This document shows, piece by piece, positions 14,652-27,586 of a stretch of DNA of 64,000 bases. The stretch spans positions 193,008,001-193,072,000 of the forward strand of contig NC_058368.1 of the NCBI RefSeq assembly GCF_018350175.1, read 5' to 3'. Within the stretch, counting starts at the first letter, position 1. Each line of letters opens with the position of its first letter. Source of the stretch: Felis catus (taxonomy: Eukaryota). A model generated the notes under the pieces. That model was not told the DNA's origin and did no database searches. It was given only the letters and a program-made list of their open reading frames with translations. A program made the position numbers and the translations under genes.

Positions 14652-16669
14652 GGAAAAATGGGAGAAAATCTTGTTTAGATTTGGAGAACTCAAAAGCTTC
14701 TATACTATAACAAGAGCACGGTGGGTAATTTATGGCTTGGTATTGGAGTTTTCCAAAAAAGTGGGAGATTCCGCTGTATTTTGAAATCTTCAAGATTAAA
14801 AGATGTGAGTGGAGACCAACCTAAAAGAAAGCCAGATATAAAGTTTAGCCAACAAAGACTCACAACAGGGTGAAATTCTATGTTCTAGAAAAGAAGAGAT
14901 GTGAAATTGATTAGAATAATTGGCACTGACATCAGGGAGCAAAACAGAAAGAACACCCACCTAAAAATCTCAGAGAGACAGTAGAAAAAAGCACTGAATT
15001 AGGAAATGGCAGGCAGACCTAGATTCTGGTCCTAGCTTTGCTACTAACAAGCAGTAAGACCTTGGCAAGTAGTATTCTCCCTCAGCCGTTTTCTCATCCG
15101 TCAAATCAAAGACTAGATGAGACCTCTCTAAAGACTCTTCTAGTTCTGAAAGGCCGTGATTCTATTTCACTCTGACAAATCTTAGGCAACAGGGAGCCAA
15201 TGAAAGCTAAAATATTTAGCTTAATGATCTTTTATTTCAACCTGCGTCATTACCATCTGTTGTTATATCAATAATGTAAATCAACTGGTACATTATAATC
15301 ATGAGCCTGGAGCTCAAAATTTGAGCAATCCAAGTACATAAAATATTAGCTTTAAATAATGCAGGGATACTTAAGGTAGTTTTTTCGTTTGTTTCAATAT
15401 TAGAAAGAAAACCATACTACTACATACACAGTTATCGACTTCTGAGGCTTTAGGATCTCCCTCTTGAGCAAGAATGTTAGACAAAAGAATTTTCCATTAA
15501 TAGTTTCTTTGATATCAAGAGACAAAATACAGCATATTTAACAGTTTGTGAGAATACCAAGTTTTAGCTCAAAGTCTGCCAAATAAGCTAAGGGAGGAAT
15601 TGACATCTTAAATATCTACTTGGTAGAAATGCAAATATAAAGTACAGGGAAAGATTGCCAGACAAACAAAATACCATGAACAAAGAACAAAATATCCCAG
15701 TCTAAGAGTTTATGTGATTATGATCATCTTCCTGTTAATCTGGTTCCTCTTTTAAATCAATGACTCTCAAAGAAAAATTTCAACTTCTATTTCTTTAAAA
15801 GACAGGATGAAATGCCTAGCTTTATTTCTTACAAAGGCCCAAAATAATTAGTTTTGGAAATGACTCCCCTTTATACTTACACAAAGGCTGCTTGATCACA
15901 GAACATAAAAAGCAATGGATCATTGTATTTAGCCATTAAACTCCTCAAAGTCTGAATCATAGTAAGTTGTAAATGTCATTTAATTTTCATTAGCCCTTGA
16001 AAGGTTGGCTGAATAATAATAATTTTCTAAATCTTGCTATATCTTTAACATTTAAGAACGGACTATTTAGAGTAAAACGAAGGACTTCAGACTTTGCTAT
16101 ATATAGATTGAACACGTGTTTACTTCTATTTCCTTCCCAAACACAAGTAAAATGACACTAAAGGAAACACCTTGGGCATTGGAGGGGATTTTGGAAATTA
16201 TGTGATTTAATCCATTCATGTCAGTGACGTGCTCCTTTAGGCTATCCTATATGTTAGCAGGAGAATCCTGGTCTCTAGTGGGACAGAGTGGTGAGTAGAA
16301 ACAATGGAAATCACATTTATTGAGTGACTGTCATAAGCCAGGCAGTGTGCTGGGCCCTGACGTGTGAGCTCCCAAGCTCTTTTTCAGTACAATACATACA
16401 ACAACCAGTGGACATGATTTTTGTCCTTTATTCTAGATGATGGGTTCTCAATGGTGATAGGAAATGACTGTGCTGAAAAAGTGCTCCAGTCTTCCCTAGG
16501 ACTGTCATCAAGAGTTCCTGTGACTGCATCCAAGTCAGCATTTTCCCAATTTCATTCCTTTCTTCTACTGGCCATTTCCAAGATGGTTTTTTTTTTCAAC
16601 ATCAGTATACAAAATTATTATTATTATTTATGCTTTTTCTTCAAGTCAACTCATTATTTTGCTTTCATA

Positions 16670-16980
16670 CATTTTTAAATTATTTTTTAAATTTTTTATT
16701 TAAATTCTAGTTACTATATGGTGTAATAATGGCTTCAGGAGTAGAACCCAGTGATTCAGCACTAACATACAACACCCAGTGCTCATCCCAACAAGTGCCC
16801 TCCTTAATGCCCATCACACATTTAGCCCATCCCCCCACCCAACACCCCTCCAGCAACCCTGTTTGTTCTTTGTATTTAAGAGTCTCTTATGGTTTGCTTC
16901 CCTCTGTTTTTATCTTATTTTTCCTTCCCTTCTCCTATGCTCATCTGTTTTGTTTCTTAAATCCTGCATATGATTAAATC
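16670..16980 (-). mobile_element. Carnivore L1 3' end fragment
   Basis: T-rich tail, then CCCATCCCCCCACC...CCTCCAGCAACCCT...AGTCTCTTATGG, similar to the L1 ends at 48.7 and 62.5 kb. Confidence 0.8.
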
Positions 16981-19046
16981 ATTTATTTTAAAAGGAGAGT
17001 CTATATCACATCTGTAAGTAAAAGTAACTGTACACATAAACGTGATGAAAACAAAGCAGTGTTATTAACTGCTGTCTGCTAAAGGCTCTGAGCCAGAGGC
17101 CTCCTCTCTTTGTCAGGAAAAACAAAACAAAACAAATATAACACCCACAACTCCACTTCATTCTAATACTACCTCATTTCTTATCCAGCCATCCTCCTCC
17201 TCTTTCCCACTGGTTCCACCACTGAGTTCAGAACCACAATTTTAGTCTAGAGGTATACATTTTCATCTATTCTCTTGCATCCATGGAGCACTTTCTATGT
17301 ATTACAGACACCACCTCTGACTTCATGGAGCTCAGTCTGGCAGGGGACATAGACACTAATTACATACAAAATATGGTAAATGCTGCCCAAGAGAAAGTAC
17401 AGGATGCTACAGAAGTACCCAATGTGGGGAGCTAACCTTGTCACGGAAAGCCTTCTTGAGAAAGTGAGGTGTGCAACAGTACGTGAGGGATAAATAGGGA
17501 TTGTGAATGGAAGAGAAGTGTCCTAGTAAAGGGACAGGGAAAAAGCAGAGGGATCACTGGTTAGGAGGTGTTCAGGAGAAAGAGCTACAGGTGGTGTAAT
17601 GATAAAGGGTGGACAGTGTGCTGGGTCAGCTTCCTGATTCGGGAAGCAGTCTGGGCCAACAGCAAAACTGGAGGTGGACTTTGGGAACTGGAATAGGAGC
17701 CTGAAGTGAGTGAAGAAGACCAGTGTCCAAGATGAAGGGATCAAATAGCCTGGAAGCTCAAGAGTGGGGTAGATCACCTGTAGGAAAGGTCATGTCCGCC
17801 CAGGATCCAGGCAGCTAGAGTAGAAGACACTGGAACCAGAAGAAAATGGATTCCCTCTCTCTACGGAGATGCAGCAGCTTTGTTAGAATAAATAGCCTCT
17901 ATATGGAGGGCTGTGGGGCAAGCGGTGTCCTGGCAGTGTTATTGCTGTGTGGAATCCCTTCATGCAGCTTCCCTGGGTCTCCTCTCCAGTGCTGGCTCTC
18001 CATTCCACATGAATCCAGAGTATGTCTGGACGCAGGGTGGCTTTCCCCCAAGCCCCTGTAGCTCTCACCATTACACTACTCACCGGCTTTGGTATGCGCT
18101 GCTTGTATTGCTAGGGAGTCCACCCCATCTCACCTATGAGTCAGTTCCTTAAGCAAAGGACTATATTTTTATTGCTATACCTCAAAACTAGCACATGTTC
18201 AATAAATATTTACTCATGGAGATTAGTTTAAACTTGATAGTGCGCGATGTATATTTGTAAATTGAAGAATGTTATGCAACAGGGATAATTATTCAAACTG
18301 ACGTGCATTTACTAGCCCTTATTATATTCTGAGACAGCCGATACTAACAATGTCCAGAGAACTTGAGAGGCATAGTGCCTAAAGGCAGTCCTTAAGTCAA
18401 CCCCAACTCCCAAAGTCTTCATCGCCATCTTGTCCTAGGAGATAATAGTAGGGATAAAAGATTATAAGCCCACAGTATCTAAGCCAGGTTGACTACTAAT
18501 ATCCACAGAGCTTGTTAAAAATATAGATTCCTGGGTCCCGCCCCAGACCTAGTAAGAACCTCTGGACTTGGAACTTGGAATTTATGGTGTCTAATTAGCT
18601 CCCTGGATGATCTTGAGGCAGAGGATCCATGGACTGGCATCCAGAGACTAGGACTACACTTCCTTATTTCCTCTACGACAGCATTGCCTAATGGTGCTGC
18701 AGGCTGTTTGAACACTTCCAATAAGAGAGAACTATTACTCACTTTCTATTCTGGACTTAGGTTACCCTGGATCAACATAATTGCAGGCTTCTGAGAAAGG
18801 CAGGATAACAGAGAGAAGTTCAGAGAGCAGTCTCTAGAGCCAGATTTCCTGGATTTGAATCCTGATGGACTCTAACCAGCCCTGCAACTTTTGTAAATGA
18901 CCTAATCTCTCTGTGCCCCAGTGCCCTCATCTTTAAAATAGGGAAAATAAGAGTACCTGTTCTTATTGGACTATTGTGAGGCTTGAAGAAAATAGTATAT
19001 ATAAAGCAGAGTCTGGTAGTAGTAATTACTAAATAACCTCTAGTTA

Positions 19047-19250
19047 ATTTTTTTTTAAAGTTTATTTATTTATTTTGAGAGTCAGACAGTGTGCAAGTGG
19101 GCAGGGCAGAGAAAGAGGAAGAATCCTAAACAGGCTCCACGCTGTCAGCACAGAGCCCCATGCTGGGCTTGAACTCAGGAAACTGCGAGATCAGGACCTG
19201 AGCCGAAATCAAGAGTCAGACGCTTAACCATCTGGAGCTACCCAGGCGCC
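19047..19250 (-). mobile_element. SINEC
   Basis: Ends in CCAGGCGCC; TSD CCTCTAGTTA at 19037-19046 and 19251-19260. Confidence 0.9.
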
Positions 19251-19385
19251 CCTCTAGTTATTATTACCGATTGTCCTTTCAGATACTGTGCTAAAATCTA
19301 CAGCTGATGGTAAAATCATTATTTAAGATAAATGAAACACTTCTACTCAGAATACTATGCAACCATTTAAAAATCTTGGAGAGGC

Positions 19386-19592
19386 GGGGCGCCTGGGTGG
19401 CTCAGCCTGTTGAGTGTCCCTCTGTTTTCTGTTCAGGTCATGATCCTGCAGTTCGTGAGTTTGAGCCCCACATGGGGCTCGCTGCTGTCAGCCTGTCAGC
19501 GTAGAGCCCACTTTGGACCCTCTGTCCTCCTCTCTGCCCCTCCCCCACTTACGCTCTCCCAAAAATAAATATTAGAAAAAATAAAAAAAAAT
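19386..19592 (+). mobile_element. SINEC
   Basis: GGGGCGCCTGGGTGGCTCAG start, CT tract, A tail; TSD AAAAT(C/G)TTGGAGAGG. Confidence 0.9.
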
Positions 19593-21024
19593 AAAAATGT
19601 TGGAGAGGGGAAACATTATTATGTAATTTCAATCTGTAACTTTAAATTTCACATTTTTCTTCTGCTCATGGCAAATACTATTCTGCAATAATATGGCTCA
19701 AACAGGCACTGTAAACTGAACTTGGAGTCCAGCCAAGATACATTACATTGTTTTTATGCACTCTGAGTTTGTGGCCAAGAATCTTGGTTGTGATGTGCCT
19801 AGCTTACCCTTCCCTTTCGTGAGACCTACCTCTATGTTCTGGGGCCCTGGAGGAAGTCAACCCTTCGGCTGACTAACTAACGAGAAGCTTTGATCTTGGA
19901 ATTTAGAATTGAGACACAGTGGCCGGGTTAGGGCCAATGTGAGGAAGAGAAGGGGTTGAGGCAGTCCAGTTTGGGCCAAATACAAAGAAAAGCAGAGAGA
20001 CAGGACAACAGGGATGGAGAAAGAGAGAGATGGGGGAGTGGGGGGTGGGGGGTAGTGGAGGGGGAGGGGAAGGAGAGCAGAGGGGAAGAGAAAGAGACTG
20101 ACTGAAGTGCTGCTCTGGCTTCTGACAAAATTCTGCTTCCTTCCTCCAATGTGACTTTTTTTTTTTTTAAAGAAATAAACATCTTTATTCAGTTTCTTTC
20201 AAAATTAAATCCACAAAAATTAAGACTGAGTGTAAAAACAAGAAAGGAAATGGAGAAATGGTTAAGTAGGAGAAAAAAGATTAAATTCAGCAAAAGTGAT
20301 TAAAGTGTGGCTGTGGCTACCTGGTAATCCTCATTGTGGATTTCCACCTCCTCTCCTCTTTGTACACCTGAGTGCAGTGCTCCAGCTGCCCATGTGGCCA
20401 AGATTTATGGTTCTGTTCTGTACAGACACAACCATTTGCCTTTACTAGAAGTTTCAAGAAACCTACAAGACAGGGTTTAGAAAAACACTACGAACACCCT
20501 TAAACTGCCCTTAGGTCAAAGTCAAAGGTGGCAGAAGTAGCCTGGTACGCTGATTTTGTGCCAGGAGAGCAATATGTCTGGTCAATAAAGGCAGACTCAG
20601 CCCAGGCACTTCGTGCTCCTACCATGGACATCCCGAACACAAAGTACTTCTAGTCTGAGCTACTCAAAGACACAACCCATTTGCAAATAAGATGCTGTTG
20701 AGCATCTGGGAGAGAAAAAAGTGGCAAAGGTATGGATGGGTCCAAGACGGTGACAGAAGCAGAAAAAAGTAAAGGAACAAATCACCCTTAGGATCAGAAT
20801 AACTCTTCATATTAAATTTCCTTTTACTTGTGTCAGAATCAGTCTGCTACTTTCAAAAAAAATTACATTGACTATGACCATGCTACTCATTCTGGTGCAT
20901 TTTCAAACAGCTAAATCACAGGCCCATCATGTGCAAGATGAAATACTGGGTACTGCAAGGGATGTCCAGGAATTTACGAACTAGTTTTGGGACTTCCCAT
21001 AATAGTATCATACTTGCTATTTCA

Positions 21025-21224
21025 TTTTTTTTTAATTAAAAAAAATTTTTTTAATGTTTATTGGGGGGGAGGGGCAGAGAGAGAGGGAGACACAGAATCC
21101 GAAGCAAGTTCCAGGCCCTGAGCTGTCAGCACAAAGGCCGACGTGGGGCTCAAACTCATGAACCCGTGAGACCATGACCTGAGCTTAAGTTGGAGGCTTA
21201 ACTGAGTGAACCACCCAGGTGCCC
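21025..21224 (-). mobile_element. SINEC
   Basis: Reverse SINEC body and T tail. Confidence 0.88.
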
Positions 21225-24202
21225 ATGTCTACTATTTCTTAATGCTGCAGCTGACATTTGGAGGCTAAGAGGAGAGTTCAAAAAGGAAAATCAAAGTGCC
21301 ACCTTCTTACAGTTAAAAAGGCCTATGCTATGCTTGTGGGTGAAGTCACTTGGTAGAATGTTTTATTACCTTCCTTCAGCATTAGTAAGAATAATAGAAA
21401 AGTGATACTCAAATTTAATCTAACTCCTTTTTCATCTTTTAGATACAGTAAAACATCAGCTTTTCTAGGATCATGAATAATCAGAAATTTAGATGATTTT
21501 ACCTGACAGAACCATTCTCAATATGGCTATATCATAAGAAAGAAAGAAAGAAAAGAAAAGAAAGCGTTTAAGCTGTCATGACTAACAGATTGCCTTGTTG
21601 CTTTTTCTGCCAGCTTCTGAGAGAAGAAATATTTCCATCCTGCTCCAATTCTCAACAGGAGTAAATAAGGAAATAATGTGGCTGATTTCCGTTCTCGTGG
21701 CTCAATATTAAGTTGGCTGAAGAAACTGCTATTTGTACAAATAGTTCTGAGATAACACAAAGCAGGGAAACACTGATGCCCAGATGGTATTGATTTTAAG
21801 TATACGGAGATATTAATGCTTTATTCTCCATAATTAAATGTGCTCTAGCTTGTATTTACAGCTCATCCACTCTTCTCTGCCTGCACTGTTACACTTGAAA
21901 AATGGAGAAGTTCCCCATGCCTGGCACACAATGGTCAAAGTGGCATTCCAAATTGGCAAGGGGGAGAAAAAGCAAATGAAGAATAGATTTTTAGCACTCT
22001 TCCATCCTTTGCAAAAAACAAACATAAAAAACAGAGATCTGAAACATAGAAAGGTTAGTAATATTCAAACAGAAATCACCATTGTGAGGGTCATTTTCTG
22101 AAAAGTTCCTAATTCAAATGGCCCTTATGCTCCCAAGGATATCTTAGTGCCATCACACACCTCATAGCTAGCATTTGGGCACTCAGCTCAAACTTCAGCG
22201 TATTTTCTGGCCCACTGAAAAACACCGTCCTCTGTACTTATTGGAGCTTTGCTTTAAACCCACAATTATTTTCTGTAACTGTGACTTACATCCTTCTGCC
22301 ATAAGCATTTGCTGAGCTACTGGATGCAAATGGCAAAGATCAATGTCAGGGGCCTAGAGTTACGATCTCCTTACCCAATTTTTTTTTCTATAGTCCAAAA
22401 AATCAAAGTCCATATAACTAAAATAGAACTTCTCATTCTCGCCCTTACATCTACTTGTGCAGCGTATACCCATTTTAGATGATAGCCACACGATATAATC
22501 CTTTCAATTTTGCAAGATCAAAGTTATAAGATCATCATGGCTCCTTGGTAAGAAGCATGGACTGACCTGCCTGATCTTATCCCTGGATGAAGCCATGGCT
22601 TGAGAGGCCATAGTTTTCACATCTACAAGGTTATTTTAAGAGTAATGACCTCATACAGTAGTTGTGAATGAATGTGGGTATATTATAAATACATGCCATT
22701 GATATTATTTTTCCACTTCCTAGGCGTTTTTCAATTAAATCATACGGTGTCCCACCCAAGGTCACAGTCCTTTTACCTTACCTGGGTACCACACTATTCT
22801 TTTAATTTCTAAATGGGTCTCATTAACTCCAACCCTACCCCAAACACTGCTCCTCTCAGAACTGGTCCTGAACACACATCCAAGAAAGTCAAGATGATTT
22901 AAAAATCTATTGATTTTCCACTGCCCAAAAGATAAACTTCAAATGTTGGTCAGGCATCCGTAATTCTCCAGGAGGTTTCAGGAGGCAGAACAGAAGTTGC
23001 TGGATGGAGCCCAATAGTGCCTGTGTGCAGAATAATTGTTTGCTGAAGGAATGAATGGATCTAGAAGTCTGTTTTTTAGTTACACCTCTGTCACCAATCA
23101 GCTATGATCTATAGTGGTCTGTTTCCTCATCTAGAGGCTGATTATCACTATCATTCCCTTCTTTGCTTAAATCCTATAATCTTCCCAGCTTCTTGTCATG
23201 GCTCAAAGCCTTAACTATACTTGTTTTACTCTCCAATGTCTCCAAATAACTTTTTATTTTAAAGGTCTGGTTCTATATTGTTAAAGATTCCTACGTATTT
23301 TTTCTTTTTGATACTGTTGTAAATAAAATTGTTTTCTTAATGTAAAAAAAAAAAAGTTCTGGTTCTAATTGTCCCCTTTGCTTAAAATTTCCTGCCCCTC
23401 CCCAACAATATCTTCCTGCGGAAATTCCACCCTCTACAGTATCCGACTCCAATTTCACCTTATTCAAGAAGCCCTCTCACTTAAATTGTCACCATTACCC
23501 TCTTAATTTTGGATGAATTCTTTTGATCTGTAAGTCACCTACACACTGAGAGTATTCAATTGTAAGACATATCAGTTTCCTTCTTCTATCAGATATGTAT
23601 CTATCCAAAAGACTGTAAGCTTAAAGATGAGAGTCTAAAAACTTTCTCAGCCTTTGACATAGCATGGGATTCAACATTTTGAATTCCGATGCCTGATCAA
23701 CTTGGCGGTCAGGAAGGTACTTGCTACAAATTTCTTACTGACTTTCCAGAGTCCTAGACTTACGTTAAGTGACTTACTAAGTCACTTTTCCGTATGTACA
23801 CCTCCAATTCCATGCAATTGCTACTGCCACAGAAAATCAGAGGAAACTACCTATTTTACACTTCTTTGGTTTTGTTTTTTTGTTTGTTTTTTGGTCTCAG
23901 ACTCTGGGAAGCATTAATGGAGATTTTTGAAGATATGGAAATACAGCTTTTAAAATCTTAGTGGGGGAAACACTCTAGAGTGGATTTGGTCTTTAACTGG
24001 TTTTCCCAAACTGCGTTGACAACTTACATCAACTTAATCTGTGGTGCTTGTTAAAGATGAAGATTTGTTGGTCCCACTCAGATTTACTGATTTGGCATCT
24101 CTAAGGGCAAGGCCCGAGCATCTGCTTTTTAATGTGCATGTAGTTTTAATGACTTACAAATCAAGCCCATATTTCCTTTGATTGTTCTAACAATATTGCA
24201 AT

Positions 24203-24660
24203 CCAGTGATTCTCAAAGTGTGGTACAAGGGCCTCTGGGGTTCCTAAAACTTCTCCAAAATGATTTTCATAATAATACTAGGATCTTATTTCCCTTTACA
24301 TTCTCATTCTCATCCAATATGGTGCGATTGTCCAGAGGCTACATGATGAGTGCTATGACAAAAGAATGAACGCAGAAGGAGATATGAGAATCTAGCTATC
24401 TTCTATGAAGATATTAAAAAGAGCTGTAAAAATGTAAAGCAATGGCATTCTTAATGATTTTTTGTTTTGGAAAATATTGTTCATAGAAATACTATTTATT
24501 TTAACACATAACACATTTTTTTAAATATATTTTTGCAAGTTGTCTTGATATCTAAAACGGTGAATATTGATAGATACAACACACACACAAACTCCTTGTT
24601 CTTAGTAAGTTTTAAAAGTGTAAAGGGATCCTGAGACCAGAAAGTTTGAAAGCTGCTGCT
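24203..24660 (+). mobile_element. Charlie1b-like hAT DNA transposon relic
   Basis: CAGTGATTCTCAAAGTGTGG start and GGGATCCTGAGACC...TTTGAAAGCTGCTG end; homologous to the ends of 37217-38103. Confidence 0.7.
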
Positions 24661-24686
24661 AAAATTATCAGTGGCAGCATTTAAAA

Positions 24687-24738
24687 TTTTTTTAAAATGT
24701 TTGTTCATTTTTGAGAGAGAGTGCATGCGTGAGGAAAG

Positions 24739-24792
<54 letters not shown>

Positions 24793-24920
24793 ACCCCAAT
24801 CAGCTCCAGGCTCTGAGCTGTCAGCACAGAGTTCGACGTGGGGCTTGAACCCACAGACTGTGAGATCATGACCTCAGCCGAAGTCGGCTGCCTAACCAAC
24901 TGAGCCACCCAGGCGGCCCC
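24687..24920 (-). mobile_element. SINEC with expanded (GA)n tract (24743-24786)
   Basis: Reverse SINEC ending in CCAGGCGGCCCC. Confidence 0.9.
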
Positions 24921-26079
24921 CACCACTTTTTTTTTTGGCAGCAACATTTTAAGCGTAAGATTAAAGACATGGTTAAGTGACTTACCAATTCACTTTCGTA
25001 CTTAAACCCCAAATTCCATGCAATTTCTATTGCCACAGAAAATCAGAGGAAACTACCTATTTTATACTTCTATGGGTTTTTTGTTTGTTTTTTGGAATAG
25101 GCATTTTTAACAAGCTACCAGGTGATAGCAATGCCCTTAAGTTTAAAGAACTACCATCAAAAGCAAAGGAATCTGAATGGTTTCAGGAAGTGACAATTAT
25201 TATATATGGACATTGAGATGTTAATTCTGAAGGCAACAAGATGGAAGCTGGAAGACCGGTTGTTAAAAAGACCACATCCCTTCACCTTTCTGGGACTTAA
25301 TTTTTCACATCTATACAATGAAGGTGTCTATAATGCTTTTCTGGCTTTTAGTCCGAGTTTCATGCATCCTCCCTGCTCAAAGACAACGGAAGAGATGTAT
25401 CTTTCTGATGGTCAGTTATAATCTTAAAGTCATAAATCAGAGCATATCACTCTTCTGCATAGAAACCTTCAATTGTTTCCAAATGTTCTCCAAATAAAAG
25501 TCAAACTCCTTGTACTGGCTCATAGACACTACAAGATTTGGCTCATTCAAGTCTCTGGCCTCATTTTCCTTCCTCTTTTTTTGGGCCCGTAACAGTAGCC
25601 TTTTTTCTTTTCCTTGACCTTTTTAAGTTTGTTACCACTATAAGGCCTTTGCACTTGCTATTCCTTCTGCCTCAAATGCTCTCGAGATCTTCATAAGGAT
25701 TACTCCCTTTGTTCCATCACATTATGCTGTTTAATTTTCTTTAAAGTACTCACAACCATCTTTTTATTTACTATTTTAGATATGAGTGTTGCTTGTTGAC
25801 TTGTTTAAGGTCGGCCTCGCTCCAGAATGTCAACTACTAGGGGGCAGGGCCATAGTCGGCTTGAAATCCAGTGTGTCCCAGGCCCCCAGGGTGGTACCTG
25901 GCAGGTAGCTTATGCTCAGTAAACATACGATGGCTGAACTCCCGCAGCTCAGGCCTGGCGTTCAAAAGACGGCGGACATCCTAGCCCCCTTCACGTCGGA
26001 CCCCGACCCACCGGCTCAAACCCATGCCTCAGCACCTCCAGTACCTCCGTCGCACGACCCCGACCGAGCCTTCACTTAC

Positions 26080-26130
26080 CAGACTGGCACTCAGCTTGTT
26101 CCTGCCCGAGCGGTGGCTTGACCCGGAAGT
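26080..26130 (-). other. MFAP3: Probable non-coding exon 1 of MFAP3 (TSS approximate)
   Basis: Strong minus-strand donor CTG|GTAAGT (plus strand acttac at 26074-26079) inside the CpG island. Confidence 0.7.
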
Positions 26131-26164
26131 GCTCTCGAGCAGGCGGGACCAACTCCGCGCTGAG

Positions 26165-26213
26165 AGACTACTTCCGGGGCAGCAGGAGCAGCTTTTCGGC
26201 AGCCGTGGTCCGG
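26165..26213 (+). other. FAM114A2: Probable non-coding exon 1 of FAM114A2 (TSS approximate)
   Basis: Donor CGG|gtgagg at 26214, followed by a G-run-rich intron start, within the CpG island. Confidence 0.65.
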
Positions 26214-27122
26214 GTGAGGGTGGCTGGGGAGTGGGTGTGGGTTTCTAGGGAGGAGGCAGGCGGGGTGCGGGGGTTGGGGGTTCGGGGCCGGGCGGTCTAG
26301 GTGGCTGGGTAGGGGCAGGAGGTGGCCTGGGGCTGGGCGGCCGACCCTCCCACGGCTGGACGCGGAGCCTATAAAGCGCTTTGGTTGTTGAAGCGCTACG
26401 TTTGTGTGCGGAACTCTTCGTCGTTTTCAGCGTCGGAGAAGTTGGGAGTGCTTGTTGATCCCAGAGCTCCGGTTTGGGATCTGGTCTTGTGTGTGCGAGC
26501 AAGTGAGGACGTCTGCTGTCTGTCCGTCTAGAGAAAGCTGTGTTAATAATGACAGTAATGATGCAACCACCGCCTCCGTCCTAATAGCAACTGTTACCTA
26601 TGTGCCAGTCTCTGTTCCGAGAGCCCTTCGCGTACCCCGTGTGGAGGAACCTTTGTAGGAACCCTGCCAGGCAGGTGTTGTAGCCTGTGTTACTGTTGAG
26701 GAAACGGAGACGCAGCTAGCAAGGTGAACTGACTTTGTCGCAGTTACCGCCCCCCCACCCCCACCAAAGTTGGAAGAAAGTCTAATTCCGGAACCCGTAC
26801 TTGTAGCTGCTAAGCTAAACCCTTTCCATTTTGGTAACTGTGCGGCTGGAAGTTTCCAGGGAAAATGGGGAGAGGTATATATCTATATATGTGTACATGT
26901 AAATGTGTACATTTATATTTTTAAGAAATATGAGTCAGCCATTTAATTTTACTTGCAATGTTTCAGCTCTTGGAGTCTTTTCACTCCACTTTTGAAAATA
27001 ACACATTATAGGATGTTTGGAAAACTTACAAAAACATTAAATAGTGCAGTGCCGTATACCTGAAATTTATTCCCCCCTCCCTTTCCTGTTAGAGTATGAA
27101 TCCATTAAGAACAGGGATAGCA

Positions 27123-27351
27123 GGGGCGCCTGGGTGGCGCAGTCGGTTAAGCGTCCGACTTCAGCCAGGTCACGATCTCGCGGTCCGTGAGTTCGAGCCC
27201 CGCGTCGGGCTCTGGGCTGATGGCTCGGAGCCTGGAGCCTGTTTCCGATTCTGTGTCTCCCTCTCTCTCTGCCCCTCCCCCGTTCATGCTCTGTCTCTCT
27301 CTGTCCCAAAAATAAATAAGCGTTGAAAAAAAAAATTAAAAAAAAAAAAAA
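27123..27351 (+). mobile_element. Young felid SINE (SINEC_Fc-type)
   Basis: CpG-intact body, long A tail, perfect 16-bp TSD AAGAACAGGGATAGCA (27107-27122 and 27352-27367). Confidence 0.97.
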
Positions 27352-27586
27352 AAGAACAGGGATAGCACAGCTATTCTAATAATGAAAGCGATGGTAATGA
27401 TAATGTGAACAGCCAGCGCCTTTCCACCTAGCCAAATGTCTAGTAAATTCTAGGTGCTCATTAAGTCGTTGTGGCACAAGTGAAAGAATAGAGATAACCA
27501 GTATTTAATGTTTTGAACTATGTCTTTCCAGTCTTTTATAAAATCATATAAATTACTTATGTAATATGTTTGTTATATATACTGTA

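Larger units (their letters stand above)
25930..26760. promoter_or_regulatory. CpG island / bidirectional promoter of MFAP3 and FAM114A2
   Basis: GC- and CpG-rich island between divergent genes. ETS/GABP motifs CCGGAAGT (26123-26130) and ACTTCCGG (26170-26177), plus GC boxes. Confidence 0.9.

Noticed and set aside
14652..14693. 14-aa N-terminal extension of MFAP3 (MSSPNLNK...)
   Set aside because: Starts at TTG; the ATG at 14651 gives the expected signal peptide and 362-aa length.
25912..26658. Cluster of overlapping short ORFs in the CpG island
   Set aside because: Expected from stop-codon scarcity in GC-rich DNA; no recognisable protein.
27123..27200. tRNA-like A/B boxes
   Set aside because: These are the tRNA-derived heads of SINEC elements, followed by CT tract, A tail and TSD; not tRNA genes.
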